From an uncultured virus (IMG/VR IMGVR_UViG_3300027779_000002) (taxonomy: Duplodnaviria; Heunggongvirae; Uroviricota; Caudoviricetes): DNA of 64,000 bases. Position 1 is the first letter of the stretch. Every line of letters starts with the position of its first letter. Shown here in pieces: positions 1 to 9,785 of this stretch. Location of the stretch: IMG/VR virus record IMGVR_UViG_3300027779_000002. One strand, given 5' to 3'. The notes under the pieces were generated by a model, which did not search any database, was not told the origin of the DNA, and saw only the letters and a list, made by a program, of their open reading frames with translations. A program made the translations under genes and the position numbers.

Positions 1-107
1 TACTGAATCAAAAAAGAAAATCTTTAACGATTGGAGCAATATAGAAAAAAAATTAATAGATGGTCAATGGTGGGTTAAATCCAAAGATGCATTAAAATAA
101 ACAAACT

Positions 108-512
108 ATGAATATATTAAATCAAGATGTGCTTAATGAGAAGCTACAAAAGAAACCAAACAAATCTTACATACAGAAGGTTCAACAATTTAATTGTGCA
201 ACTAAGCCAATGTCGTTTTCTAAATTTAAAGAAACAGGCAGAAAAATAAAAACATCTGTATACCTTAAAAATTATTATAAATCTGACATATCAATAATTG
301 ATATGGGATTGTCAATTGAAAAAGATGCGTCATCTGTACATAGATATGTAGGAGGTTTTTCAATTCAAGAATTAGGCAAACAATTTTATATAAGATATCA
401 TAATAACTTTAAATCTTACAAAACTAAAAATGAAGCTGAAAAAGATTTATATGCTTTTGCATCTGAATTGATTGTCTTTTCATATGCTAACGACCCAACT
501 AATCAATCATAA
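108..512 (+). CDS. hypothetical protein
   Basis: 134-aa ORF, co-oriented and tightly packed with neighbours. Confidence 0.6.
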   Translation: MNILNQDVLNEKLQKKPNKSYIQKVQQFNCATKPMSFSKFKETGRKIKTSVYLKNYYKSDISIIDMGLSIEKDASSVHRYVGGFSIQELGKQFYIRYHNNFKSYKTKNEAEKDLYAFASELIVFSYANDPTNQS

Positions 513-514
513 AT

Positions 515-796
515 ATGAAACAAAAAAATCCTAACGAAGAAAAAATTAAAGAAGTATCAGCAAAAGTATATCATATGTTATTAGAAAAAAATACTGCTTA
601 TGGTAATTCTGCATTAACTCCTGTCAACATATTTGCTAAAGGAAATGCTATAGAAGGAATCTCAGCTAGAATAGATGACAAATTATCTAGAATAAAAAAC
701 AGAGGATTGTCTGATGCTACAGAAGACACCTTATTTGATTTATGTGGATACTTAATTCTGTTAATTATTGCTAGAGAAAATTTGCACAAGAAATAA
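515..796 (+). CDS. DUF1599 / nucleotide-modification-associated domain 1 (Nmad1)-like protein
   Basis: KNTAYGNS...RIDDKLSRI...EDTLFDLCGY matches the KNxDYG / RxxDKxxR / DTxxDLxGY pattern of this helical family. Confidence 0.7.
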   Translation: MKQKNPNEEKIKEVSAKVYHMLLEKNTAYGNSALTPVNIFAKGNAIEGISARIDDKLSRIKNRGLSDATEDTLFDLCGYLILLIIARENLHKK

Positions 797-812
797 ACTA
801 TTATTATATTTG
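781..812 (+). promoter_or_regulatory. Bacteroidetes primary-sigma promoter (-33 TTTG, -7 TATATTTG)
   Basis: TTTG 781-784, 20-nt spacer, TATATTTG 805-812 upstream of the replication operon. Confidence 0.7.
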
Positions 813-824
813 TAGTTCATAATG

Positions 825-895
825 TTGGTTAGTAGAGGGGTAGCATTAAGGAGTCAATTATAGACTTAACTTAAAATACCCCTTACTAATTCCAA
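825..895 (+). other. long imperfect RNA hairpin in 5' leader
   Basis: nested pairings TTGG/CCAA, TTAGTA/TACTAA, AGGGGTA/TACCCCT, TTAAG/CTTAA, AGTC/GACT. Confidence 0.65.
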
Positions 896-909
896 TACAA
901 TCAAATTCA

Positions 910-1218
910 ATGAATTATAAAAAAACTATATTTAATCAATATGCAGACAGGGTCTGTATTGCACACAATATTTCTACAAAACAATTATTCACTAAAGACA
1001 AAACTAAACATATAGCTGATGCAAGGCATATGCTTTATTATCTATGTATAGAAAGACCAATGCGTATAGCATACATAGAAACTTTTATGAAAGAAAGTGG
1101 ATATAATATTACTCATTCATCTATTATATATGGGTTTAAAAAAATACAACAAAACAAATTAAAGGATAACGATTTTAAAGCTATCGTTAAACAAATAAAA
1201 GAATGTGTTACTCTTTAG
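910..1218 (+). CDS. DnaA C-terminal (domain IV)-like HTH protein
   Basis: ADARHMLYYLC...THSSIIYG resembles DnaA domain IV (RQxAMYL...DHxTVxHA). Confidence 0.6.
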   Translation: MNYKKTIFNQYADRVCIAHNISTKQLFTKDKTKHIADARHMLYYLCIERPMRIAYIETFMKESGYNITHSSIIYGFKKIQQNKLKDNDFKAIVKQIKECVTL

Positions 1219-1607
1219 AAGAAATATTTGAACAAGCTAAAAATGACCACTATACAGCTTCATTAGATGGAGATGGAAGTGAAGCTAAAATATTGTATGG
1301 AATCAGGATTGAAAGAATATACCTGTCAGGACAAATTTCTATTCATAATACAACTAAAGGAGGAGACTATTATACTCTAGTTGAAAGCGATGCAATAAAA
1401 ATTTTTAAAGAAAAAGGATGGAGATATGGAGTTTTTTCATTAGCTTTGTCTAATTATCGTTCAAAACTAGATATAATAGAACGTAAAATACGAGAGGAAG
1501 TGAATACTCGTAAGAACGCAAAACATATTCAAAGTTTAAAATCAAATAGACAGAGAATATTAAATCGTTTTTCAAAAGTTTCACATAAGTTAAATTCAAT
1601 TAAATAA
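1203..1607 (+). CDS. hypothetical protein
   Basis: 134-aa ORF with C-terminal coiled-coil character, overlaps upstream stop. Confidence 0.6.
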   Translation: MCYSLEEIFEQAKNDHYTASLDGDGSEAKILYGIRIERIYLSGQISIHNTTKGGDYYTLVESDAIKIFKEKGWRYGVFSLALSNYRSKLDIIERKIREEVNTRKNAKHIQSLKSNRQRILNRFSKVSHKLNSIK

Positions 1608-1612
1608 ATATT

Positions 1613-2149
1613 ATGAAATTAAAAACAATTAAGATTCAAGGTAAAGATTACGTTGAAGTACATGAAAGAATAAAGTATTTCAGAAACACTTACAAAGACT
1701 TTTCATTAGTCACAGAGATAATTGACAAAACAGAAAAAAGCATATTACTAAAAGCAATTATTACTAATGAAGCAGGTAAAATTATTGCAACAGGTTTAGC
1801 TGAAGAAATCAAAGGTGTAGGTTTTATAAATAAAACATCGCACATTGAAAATTGTGAAACCTCAGCATGGGGTAGAGCTTTGGCTAACTTTGGAATCGGA
1901 ATAGATTCAGGAATAGCTTCTGTTCAAGAAGTTAAAAATGCAAAAAACCAACAAGATTATTTAGCAACTGCTCCTAAAGTAAAACCTGTAGTTAATAAAG
2001 AAAAAAGAGATATAGATATTCCTATGTTTTTAAAATGGATAGCTTCATTAAGTGAAGAAGATAAGAACATGAAGTTTGTAGTTAAATATTTAGATGATAA
2101 TTATTATAACTACACACAGGAGCAGGTAAAATCTTTAATAAAAAGCTAA
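1613..2149 (+). CDS. single-strand annealing protein (Rad52/Sak/ERF-like)
   Basis: GKDYVEVHER...ENCETSAWGRAL..GIG motif; adjacent to exonuclease and SSB. Confidence 0.6.
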   Translation: MKLKTIKIQGKDYVEVHERIKYFRNTYKDFSLVTEIIDKTEKSILLKAIITNEAGKIIATGLAEEIKGVGFINKTSHIENCETSAWGRALANFGIGIDSGIASVQEVKNAKNQQDYLATAPKVKPVVNKEKRDIDIPMFLKWIASLSEEDKNMKFVVKYLDDNYYNYTQEQVKSLIKS

Positions 2150-2871
2150 TGGATATACTAGAACAACTTAAAGATGACCATGAATATTACAATGGTATTG
2201 GTAAAAAGTATTTATCTAATTCTAATATTGGTCAGCTATTAAAACACCCTGCTCTATTTCAAAAAAATGAAGGAGATAATAAAAATTTTCTTGCAGGTAG
2301 ATATTTTCATCAATTAATATTAGAACCTCAAAAAGCAAAAGAGTTTCCAATCATTGATGTATCATCTAGAACAACTAAAGCATACAAAGAAGCAAGTATT
2401 GATGGTAATATGTTATTACTACAGCGAGAAGCTAACGAGATAAAATCATGGGTTGAGACAATAGATTCAAATAAACACTTTGCTTCTTTAATATATGACC
2501 CTGCTAATGAGTATGAAGTTCCTGCTGTAGCTGAATTACATGGTAATTTATGGAAAGGCAAAGCTGATATAATTACTAAAGATTATGTTATAGATTTAAA
2601 AACATCTAGTGATAGTTTTAAATTTAAACGTAATAGTTTTTATTATAACTATGATAGCCAAGCATATATATACCAACAGCTGTTTGGTAAACCTGTAAAG
2701 TTTTTAGTGATTGACAAGAATTACAAAGTTTTATCATGGTGGGATGTTAGTGCTGAAGCATTAGTAAACGGAGAAGAGAAAGTAAAAAGAGCAACTGAAA
2801 TTTATAACAAATATTATTCTGATGACGCAACTGAAAAAATTAGTGAGTTTTTTGTGGAAGATTTTATCTAA
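2149..2871 (+). CDS. PD-(D/E)XK exonuclease (RecE/exonuclease VIII, DUF3799-like)
   Basis: LSNS, GRYFH..ILEP, KGKADI...IDLKT, Y..QAYIY motifs. Confidence 0.75.
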   Translation: MDILEQLKDDHEYYNGIGKKYLSNSNIGQLLKHPALFQKNEGDNKNFLAGRYFHQLILEPQKAKEFPIIDVSSRTTKAYKEASIDGNMLLLQREANEIKSWVETIDSNKHFASLIYDPANEYEVPAVAELHGNLWKGKADIITKDYVIDLKTSSDSFKFKRNSFYYNYDSQAYIYQQLFGKPVKFLVIDKNYKVLSWWDVSAEALVNGEEKVKRATEIYNKYYSDDATEKISEFFVEDFI

Positions 2872-3013
2872 ACACATACCTAAAAAAACTTCAAAAAATA
2901 CTATTATGTGGATGGAAGTTCCAATGTCTTGTAATAGTGTAGAGCATAAAAATGATATTATGATATCTACAATTAATCACATGGAACAAAATATAAAAAT
3001 AAAAAAATTATGA
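2822..3013 (+). CDS. small hypothetical protein (start uncertain)
   Basis: fills the gap; stop overlaps next ATG (ATGA). Confidence 0.4.
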   Translation: MTQLKKLVSFLWKILSKHIPKKTSKNTIMWMEVPMSCNSVEHKNDIMISTINHMEQNIKIKKL

Positions 3014-3279
3014 GCAAAGAAAAGTATGTACACAAGGCAGGTTCAGGAAGTTTGTTTAAGAATCAATACAAAGATTCTTCTTCAAAACCTGACATGGTAG
3101 GTTCTGCTACAACATTAGATGGTAAGGTTGTAGAATTAGCAGGATGGACTTCAACAACACAAGCAGGAGAAAAATACGTTAGTATTAAAATGTCTCCTCC
3201 TTATGTAAAAGAAGAAGGAGCATCAGCTAATTTAAAGAAAGAAGAAACATCAAATGTAAATACAGATTTACCTTTTTAA
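3010..3279 (+). CDS. single-stranded DNA-binding protein
   Basis: GSLFKN...PDMVG OB-fold-type N-terminus and C-terminal DLPF tail typical of SSBs. Confidence 0.65.
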   Translation: MSKEKYVHKAGSGSLFKNQYKDSSSKPDMVGSATTLDGKVVELAGWTSTTQAGEKYVSIKMSPPYVKEEGASANLKKEETSNVNTDLPF

Positions 3280-3301
3280 ATTTGTTTATATTCATTGAAA
3301 T

Positions 3302-3324
3302 AGGAGGAGAAATCCTCCTTTTTT
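3302..3324 (+). terminator. intrinsic terminator
   Basis: AGGAGGA-GAAA-TCCTCCT followed by a T tract after the SSB gene. Confidence 0.8.
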
Positions 3325-3335
3325 CAGCTTTTTTC

Positions 3336-3495
3336 TGTGTTGAAATGCTAGAAATTTAGCTTTCTATAGAGCTATAAGGGATATATATAAATATATATTA
3401 TTTTTTTGTTCTTATATGAATATAAATATAACATTTTCAACACTATGACTGATAATCAACCAATTATACAAATTAAATCAACACAAAATCAACAT
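3336..3495. other. origin-like AT-rich element with inverted and direct repeats
   Basis: GTGTTGAAA/TTTCAACAC inverted repeat around an AT-rich core plus three AATCAAC repeats, immediately upstream of the primase-helicase. Confidence 0.45.
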
Positions 3496-3499
3496 AATT

Positions 3500-5920
3500 A
3501 TGACACATAAAGTAACAATCTTCAAAAATATTAAAGAAACCATTGCTCCTTACCATGTAGAAATAGATATTATACTTAACAGAATAAGGGAAGGCTCTGA
3601 TTCTAAGGCACTTGTACAACAAATTAGAAAACTTAAAAAAAAATCCGAAAGGAATGAAATAAAAAAACTTTTACCTGCTATTTGTTTTTCAGGTGTATTC
3701 AACAAACGTACAGACTCATCTATTGTTCAACATAGTGGGTTTATTTGTCTAGATTTTGATGGTTACCCTAACTTTAAGACACTAATGCAGGATAAAGAAA
3801 GTTTATCTAACAACAAATTTGTTTATGCTGTATTCATATCTCCATCAGGAAATGGATTAAAAGTTTTAATAAAAATTCCTGCTGATGCAGAAAACCACAC
3901 TAAATATTTTAATTCATTAGATAAATATTTTAGTTCTGAATACTTTGACAAGACTTGTAAAAATATTTCAAGAGTTTGTTATGAATCTTATGACCCTATA
4001 ATTTTTATAAATAAAAACTCAAAACTTTGGGATAAAATTGAAGAAGAGGAATATTTAGAGCTTAATGTAAATAAAGACCCTCTAACAATTCCTATTACAG
4101 ATGAAAATAAAATAGTAGATATACTATTAAAGTGGTGGACTAAAAAATATCCAATGTCATCAGGACAAAGAAATCAAAACACTTTTGTTCTAGCTTCTGC
4201 TTTGAATGATTTTGGAATTAATAAAAGTTTAGCATCATATGTTCTTGGACAATTTAGTACAAAAGATTTTACAACTAGAGAGATAGAAAGAACAATAGAT
4301 TCTGCGTATTCTAATACAGCTAATTTTGGAACTAAAATTTACATGGATGAAGACAAAGTAAATTCTGTAAAAGCAAAATTAAGAAGAGGTGTATCAAAAA
4401 AAGAAATAAGAAACCAACTAGAAGAATCAAATTTAGATTCTAAAATTATAGATTCAGTATTAAACAAAGCAGAAGAATCTAATAATAATCAAACTTTTTG
4501 GGTTAAAAACGATAAGGGAACTATAAAAATAATACATGTTTTATTTAAAGAATACTTAGAAGATAATGGGTTCTATAAATTTTGTCCTGAAGGTAGTAAA
4601 AATTACGTTTTTGTTCGAGTACAGAACAACCTTATAGACCATACTACTGAAAAAGAAATTAAAGATTTTATATTAAGTGGACTAATTGAGTTAGATGATT
4701 TATCTATATATAATTATTTTGCAGACCAAACAAGATTCTTCAAAGATGAATTTCTTACACTTTTATCTTCTGTAAATATATATTTTATAGCTGATAGTAA
4801 AGATACCTCGTATTTGTATTACAAAAATTGTGCTGTTAAGATAACTAAAAGTTCATTGACTATGATAGACTATATTGATTTAGGTGGTTTTGTTTGGAAA
4901 GACCATGTTATTGATAGAGACTTTAATGAATGTTTAATTGATAATTGTGATTATAAAAAATTTATAGAAAACATATGTGCAAAAAATGAAAGCAGAATAA
5001 AATCTATGGAATCTACAATTGGATTTCTAATGCATGGATATAAAAATTTATCATTTTGTCCTGCTGTAATTCTTAACGATGAAGTTATTAGTGACAATCC
5101 TGAAGGAGGAACAGGTAAAGGATTGTTTATGAATGCGTTATCACATATGAAAAAATTAGTAACTATTGATGGTAAGAGTTTTGCATTTGAACGTTCTTTC
5201 GCATATCAGTTAGTTTCAGCTGATACACAAATTTTGTGTTTTGATGATGTAAAAAAATATTTTGACTTTGAGAGGTTGTTTAGTTTAATTACTGAAGGTC
5301 TTACGCTTGAAAAGAAAAACAAAGATGCAATAAAAATTCCTTTCAGTAAATCTCCTAAAATTGCTATTACAACTAACTATGCTATAAAGGGAGCAGGTAA
5401 TTCATTTGCAAGAAGAAAGTGGGAATTAGAACTACATCAGTATTATACAAAGTCATTTACTCCTCTTGATGAATTCGGAAAATTAATGTTTGGTGATTGG
5501 GATGAAGATATGTGGTGTGAATTTGACAACTATATGATTAAATGTTTACAGCTGTATTTAGAAAACGGATTAATGCAATCTGTATTTGTAAACTTAAAAG
5601 TTAGACAGCTTTCAGCTGAAACTTCGCATGACTTTATTGAATGGTGTGGATTAATTACAGGGCATGAACCTAACGATTTACTAAGAACACATGTATCTAT
5701 TCGTAAACAAGATTTATATTTTAATTTTATAGAAGAGAATCCTGATTATGGACCTAAAGCTAAAATGACCATATCAAGAACTAGATTTTACAAATGGCTG
5801 ACAGCTTATGCGATTTTTAAACAAGGTGTTCCTCCTGAAGAAGGAAGAGATGCGGCAGGAAAATGGATAAGATTCAGAACTAAACATGAACTAGAATACA
5901 ATTCTAAAATTGATATATAA
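3500..5920 (+). CDS. primase-helicase (VirE-N/BT4734-like + PriCT + P-loop helicase)
   Basis: LPAICFSG, ICLDFD, SPSGNGLK, RVCYESYDP; GQRN PriCT motif; Walker A GGTGKG and Walker B CFDD. Confidence 0.85.
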   Translation: MTHKVTIFKNIKETIAPYHVEIDIILNRIREGSDSKALVQQIRKLKKKSERNEIKKLLPAICFSGVFNKRTDSSIVQHSGFICLDFDGYPNFKTLMQDKESLSNNKFVYAVFISPSGNGLKVLIKIPADAENHTKYFNSLDKYFSSEYFDKTCKNISRVCYESYDPIIFINKNSKLWDKIEEEEYLELNVNKDPLTIPITDENKIVDILLKWWTKKYPMSSGQRNQNTFVLASALNDFGINKSLASYVLGQFSTKDFTTREIERTIDSAYSNTANFGTKIYMDEDKVNSVKAKLRRGVSKKEIRNQLEESNLDSKIIDSVLNKAEESNNNQTFWVKNDKGTIKIIHVLFKEYLEDNGFYKFCPEGSKNYVFVRVQNNLIDHTTEKEIKDFILSGLIELDDLSIYNYFADQTRFFKDEFLTLLSSVNIYFIADSKDTSYLYYKNCAVKITKSSLTMIDYIDLGGFVWKDHVIDRDFNECLIDNCDYKKFIENICAKNESRIKSMESTIGFLMHGYKNLSFCPAVILNDEVISDNPEGGTGKGLFMNALSHMKKLVTIDGKSFAFERSFAYQLVSADTQILCFDDVKKYFDFERLFSLITEGLTLEKKNKDAIKIPFSKSPKIAITTNYAIKGAGNSFARRKWELELHQYYTKSFTPLDEFGKLMFGDWDEDMWCEFDNYMIKCLQLYLENGLMQSVFVNLKVRQLSAETSHDFIEWCGLITGHEPNDLLRTHVSIRKQDLYFNFIEENPDYGPKAKMTISRTRFYKWLTAYAIFKQGVPPEEGRDAAGKWIRFRTKHELEYNSKIDI

Positions 5921-6168
5921 TGGATGAAGATGAAATGGTACACCAAGCCATGATAAATTCATATAATTTAATTATTAAAGATATCTATATAGATGTTAAA
6001 AAAATAGCAACAGATGGATGGTTTGCACATGATGTCAATAATCCATTAAAAAAAGAAGTATTACAAAATTTGTTAGAATACTTTATGGAAGTAGAAGATT
6101 ATAATAAATGTCAAGACATAAAAATTGTGTTAGACAATTGGACAAAAAACAAATATAGAAAAATTTGA
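5920..6168 (+). CDS. hypothetical protein (YF..EDY.KC, UVR-like motif)
   Basis: 82-aa translationally coupled ORF. Confidence 0.55.
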   Translation: MDEDEMVHQAMINSYNLIIKDIYIDVKKIATDGWFAHDVNNPLKKEVLQNLLEYFMEVEDYNKCQDIKIVLDNWTKNKYRKI

Positions 6169-7401
6169 ATGCTAGAGCTTAGACCTTATCAAAAAACCAT
6201 TATAAAAATTGGTAAGCAAACCCTTCTAACAAGGGGTTTTGTTTATCTTGCTATGGAGGTAAGGACAGGGAAAACATTAACAAGTTTAGGTATTGCTAGT
6301 AAAGTAAATCCAAAAAATGTTTTGTTTGTTACTAAAAAAAAAGCTATTTCAAGTATTGAAAGTGATTATAAACTTTTAAATCCCGGTTATAAATTATTAG
6401 TAATTAATTATGAAAGTCTTCACAAAATTCCAAATACTAAATGGGATGTAATTGTTTGTGATGAAGCTCATTCTATGGGAGCTTTCCCTAAACCAAGTAA
6501 AAGAGCAAAGCAAGTAAGCCAATTAATAAAGAAGTCAAAACCAATGGTGATTTTATTATCAGGAACACCAACACCTGAGTCTTTTAGTCAGATGTATCAT
6601 CAAGTCTATGGAATACCAAACAATCCATTTTCTAAATATAAAAACTTTTACAGATTTTCTGATGACTATGTAAGGGTAGTAGTAAAACCAATAGGAGGTT
6701 TGCAAATTAGAGATTATTCCAAAGGTCATGAAAATATAATTCATAAAATGCAACCTTACACAATAAATTTTTCTCAAAAAAACGCAGGATTTAAAGTAGA
6801 AACAATCGAAGAAATTTTGTATGTTAGCTTAAAAGAATCAACTTACGAGTTAGCAAACAAATTAAAAAAACATTTAGTGATAGAAGGAAAAACAGAAATC
6901 TTGATGGGTGATACCCCTGTAAAGCTTATGTCAAAACTTCATCAAATTTATTCAGGAACAGTTAAATTTGAAAGCGGCAACTCAATGGTTCTAGACTTAT
7001 CTAAAGCAAAATTTATTAAAAACAAATTTGCGAATAAAAAGATTGCTATCTTTTATAAGTTTAAGGAAGAACTAAATGCTATTAAGGAAGTTTATGGGGA
7101 AACCATTTCAACGGAATTAAGCGTCTTCAAAGAGACAAATAAAAGTATAGCATTACAGATTGTTAGTGGGAGGGAAGGTATTAGTCTAAAGGAAGCCGAT
7201 GCGTTAGTTTACTATAACATTGATTTTTCTGCCACCTCCTATTGGCAATCGAGAGATAGAATGACAACTAAAAATAGATTAAAAAATAATGTTTATTGGA
7301 TATTTTCTGACAAAGGAATAGAAAATAAAATATACAAGGCAGTAACTCGTAAGAAGGATTATACTTTAAAACATTTTAAAAGAGATTTCTTAAATTTGTA
7401 A
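6169..7401 (+). CDS. SF2 (SNF2-like) helicase
   Basis: LRPYQ, RTGKT, DEAH, LSGTP, GREGISL and QSRDR motifs. Confidence 0.85.
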   Translation: MLELRPYQKTIIKIGKQTLLTRGFVYLAMEVRTGKTLTSLGIASKVNPKNVLFVTKKKAISSIESDYKLLNPGYKLLVINYESLHKIPNTKWDVIVCDEAHSMGAFPKPSKRAKQVSQLIKKSKPMVILLSGTPTPESFSQMYHQVYGIPNNPFSKYKNFYRFSDDYVRVVVKPIGGLQIRDYSKGHENIIHKMQPYTINFSQKNAGFKVETIEEILYVSLKESTYELANKLKKHLVIEGKTEILMGDTPVKLMSKLHQIYSGTVKFESGNSMVLDLSKAKFIKNKFANKKIAIFYKFKEELNAIKEVYGETISTELSVFKETNKSIALQIVSGREGISLKEADALVYYNIDFSATSYWQSRDRMTTKNRLKNNVYWIFSDKGIENKIYKAVTRKKDYTLKHFKRDFLNL

Positions 7402-7599
7402 ATGGAATACAGGGTTATGAAATTCATTAGATTTTTAGTTACATGGATAAGTCAAAACCTTGCAATACCTTTTTGGGTAGTAGGACACATACACTTATCA
7501 ATCCATAACTACCATGATTTACTAGAAATTATATCATCGGTTAGTATGAATGTTATAGTTTTTATTGGATTTTTAGAAGACTATAGAAAAAACGGATGA
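7402..7599 (+). CDS. small membrane protein
   Basis: two hydrophobic segments. Confidence 0.5.
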   Translation: MEYRVMKFIRFLVTWISQNLAIPFWVVGHIHLSIHNYHDLLEIISSVSMNVIVFIGFLEDYRKNG

Positions 7600-7838
7600 C
7601 TGAACAGCAAATACAAAGTAAAAGAATAAAAGAATTAGAAGCAAAAGGATATTATGTTCTAAAATTAGTTAAGACTAATAAAAATGGAATACCGGATTTA
7701 GTAGCAATACCTCCTAACTCTCAAGTTTTGTTTAGCGAGGTAAAGACAGCAAAGGGAAGGCTGTCAACATTACAAAAATATCGATTAAAAGAATTAGAAG
7801 AACATGGATGCATCACAGAGGTTTTTAGAGGAGATTGA
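7596..7838 (+). CDS. VRR-NUC nuclease / resolvase-like protein
   Basis: TEQQIQ, GIPDL, FSEVK, GRLS.LQ motifs. Confidence 0.8.
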   Translation: MTEQQIQSKRIKELEAKGYYVLKLVKTNKNGIPDLVAIPPNSQVLFSEVKTAKGRLSTLQKYRLKELEEHGCITEVFRGD

Positions 7839-8178
7839 AGATTTAATTCAAGATGATGTAAGTCATTATGAATATGAAGATGAAGTAGCAGAAGCGTTGA
7901 GAGATATGCCGCAAGATTATAGCATACCTATAATAGTTTTATTAGAAGGTAATTTACATCTTCTTCCAAAAGTAGAAGGATATACACAAATGATTTCCGG
8001 AGTATTACGATACGAAGAACCATATTTTTTTGAAATTGAATATATAAATCAACCAAATGAATTTCCTATATTTATAGATATTAATCCTATTAAAGTTGAT
8101 ACATACTTAGATTATATTAATTCAAATCAAATTTTAAAACCAAATGAATCAATACTACAAAGAATCTACAAAAGTTAG
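7804..8178 (+). CDS. hypothetical acidic protein (start uncertain)
   Basis: 124-aa ORF within operon. Confidence 0.5.
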   Translation: MDASQRFLEEIEDLIQDDVSHYEYEDEVAEALRDMPQDYSIPIIVLLEGNLHLLPKVEGYTQMISGVLRYEEPYFFEIEYINQPNEFPIFIDINPIKVDTYLDYINSNQILKPNESILQRIYKS

Positions 8179-8680
8179 CATATATAAAAGAATTATAAAA
8201 CAAGTTTTTAACATTAGTCTAGACACAAAAGGAAGAGTTAGAAATTTAGTAGATGCTCGCATGGTTTTTACAAAATTAATGAGAGATAAAAAAGCAACCT
8301 ATCAATCTATTGCATTGCATTTAAACCTAAAGAGTCATGCATCTGTCATGCATTACTATAAGTCAATACAATTTTTAATGTTACATGATAAAGAACTTAA
8401 AAAAAAGTACGATATGTGTGTGAAATTGTATAATTTAACTGACCCTGCACCTAATATATTGAAGCCTGACGAGTTAAAAAACAGATGTTTGAATTTGGAA
8501 GATAAAAATAAATTGTTATCTTTAGAGATAGAGACTCTTAAAAAGCAATTACAAAAAACTTCAAGTCAAGAAGAAAGATTTAAAACTATTTTTGACATAA
8601 TAAGAACTCGAACAAAACTTAATACAGAAAAGGTAATAGAAAAAAAATTAAATACTATATTCAATGGGATATATGATTAG
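8144..8680 (+). CDS. DnaA domain IV-like HTH protein with coiled coil
   Basis: VDARMVF...QSIA.HL...HASVMHY. Confidence 0.6.
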   Translation: MNQYYKESTKVSIYKRIIKQVFNISLDTKGRVRNLVDARMVFTKLMRDKKATYQSIALHLNLKSHASVMHYYKSIQFLMLHDKELKKKYDMCVKLYNLTDPAPNILKPDELKNRCLNLEDKNKLLSLEIETLKKQLQKTSSQEERFKTIFDIIRTRTKLNTEKVIEKKLNTIFNGIYD

Positions 8681-8696
8681 AAATATGGATTAAATT

Positions 8697-8885
8697 ATGC
8701 CTGAAAAAGGAGTAGAGTATGAACGAATGAAACACATCAATTTTGTGATGAACGAAATTCATGACTCTAACAATGAAATATATGAACTCCTTGTTGACCA
8801 ACAGTATCCCGAATTAAAAACAGAAGTTTTACATAACATTAGAATGTTACGTTCTATATTAGAAAATATGGAAGATGAAATTTAA
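8697..8885 (+). CDS. hypothetical protein
   Basis: 62-aa ORF in operon. Confidence 0.5.
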   Translation: MPEKGVEYERMKHINFVMNEIHDSNNEIYELLVDQQYPELKTEVLHNIRMLRSILENMEDEI

Positions 8886-9624
8886 CGAACTTACAGGAGA
8901 TAAAAGCAATATAGATGAAATCAGACCTCGTCTAAGTGGAAACAAAAGAATTGCATTTGAAAATTTAAACAGAGACGAAAGAAGAATTTTAGTTATAGGA
9001 GATTTACATGCTCCCTTTGTTTTAGATGGATATCTAGAGTTTTGTCAAAAAGTGTATGCAAAATTCAATTGCAACCAAGTAATTTATATTGGAGATATTT
9101 TGGATAATCATGCATTTTCATATCATGAGCCTGACCCGAACGGTTATTCAGCAGGCAATGAATTGGAATTAGCAATAAAAATTGTAAAGAAATGGTACAA
9201 AGCCTTCCCTGTGGCTGATGTATGTATCGGAAACCACGATAGAATGGCTGCAAGGAAGGCAATGTCAGGGGGTATACCTTCGGCATGGATTAAGTCTTAT
9301 AACGCAGTACTAGGTACTCCTAATTGGAATTGGGTAGAATCTATTGTCTATGACAATGTACTTTTTGAGCATGGAGAAGGAGGGCAAGCGGCTGCAAAAG
9401 CAAAAAATAACATGATGTCAAGCGTATGCGGTCACACACATGTCTCTGCATATGTGCAATGGTTCGTTGGAAAAAACTTTAGGGTGTTTGCAATGCAAAC
9501 CGGGTGTGGTGTGGACTCTAAAAGTTACGCTGCAGCCTATGCTAGAAATTTTAAAAAACAAGCAATCGGTTGTGGAGTTGTACTCGGTGGTCATACAGCT
9601 ATAAATAAAATGATGGAATTATGA
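8875..9624 (+). CDS. calcineurin-like metallophosphoesterase
   Basis: GDLH, GDILD, GNHD, HG and GHTH motifs. Confidence 0.85.
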   Translation: MKFNELTGDKSNIDEIRPRLSGNKRIAFENLNRDERRILVIGDLHAPFVLDGYLEFCQKVYAKFNCNQVIYIGDILDNHAFSYHEPDPNGYSAGNELELAIKIVKKWYKAFPVADVCIGNHDRMAARKAMSGGIPSAWIKSYNAVLGTPNWNWVESIVYDNVLFEHGEGGQAAAKAKNNMMSSVCGHTHVSAYVQWFVGKNFRVFAMQTGCGVDSKSYAAAYARNFKKQAIGCGVVLGGHTAINKMMEL

Positions 9625-9785
9625 TATGTCCTAAATGTAAACAACAACTATTGTGGGGTGGTGGACACGACTCTAACTATGATGATGATGCAGGTGGTAT
9701 TGTAGGTAACTATACCTGTACAAATGAAGAATGTGATGTAGATAGTGTATACATATACACTAAATCAGATATAGATGAGGTTTGA
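9621..9785 (+). CDS. small zinc-ribbon protein (54 aa, not in ORF track)
   Basis: MICPKC...LLWGG.HD...NYTC..EEC; ATGA overlap with upstream stop. Confidence 0.6.
   Translation: MICPKCKQQLLWGGGHDSNYDDDAGGIVGNYTCTNEECDVDSVYIYTKSDIDEV

Noticed and set aside
2819..2836. CTGATGA...GAAA hammerhead-like string
   Set aside because: Inside a CDS, and the intervening CGCAACT cannot form stem II
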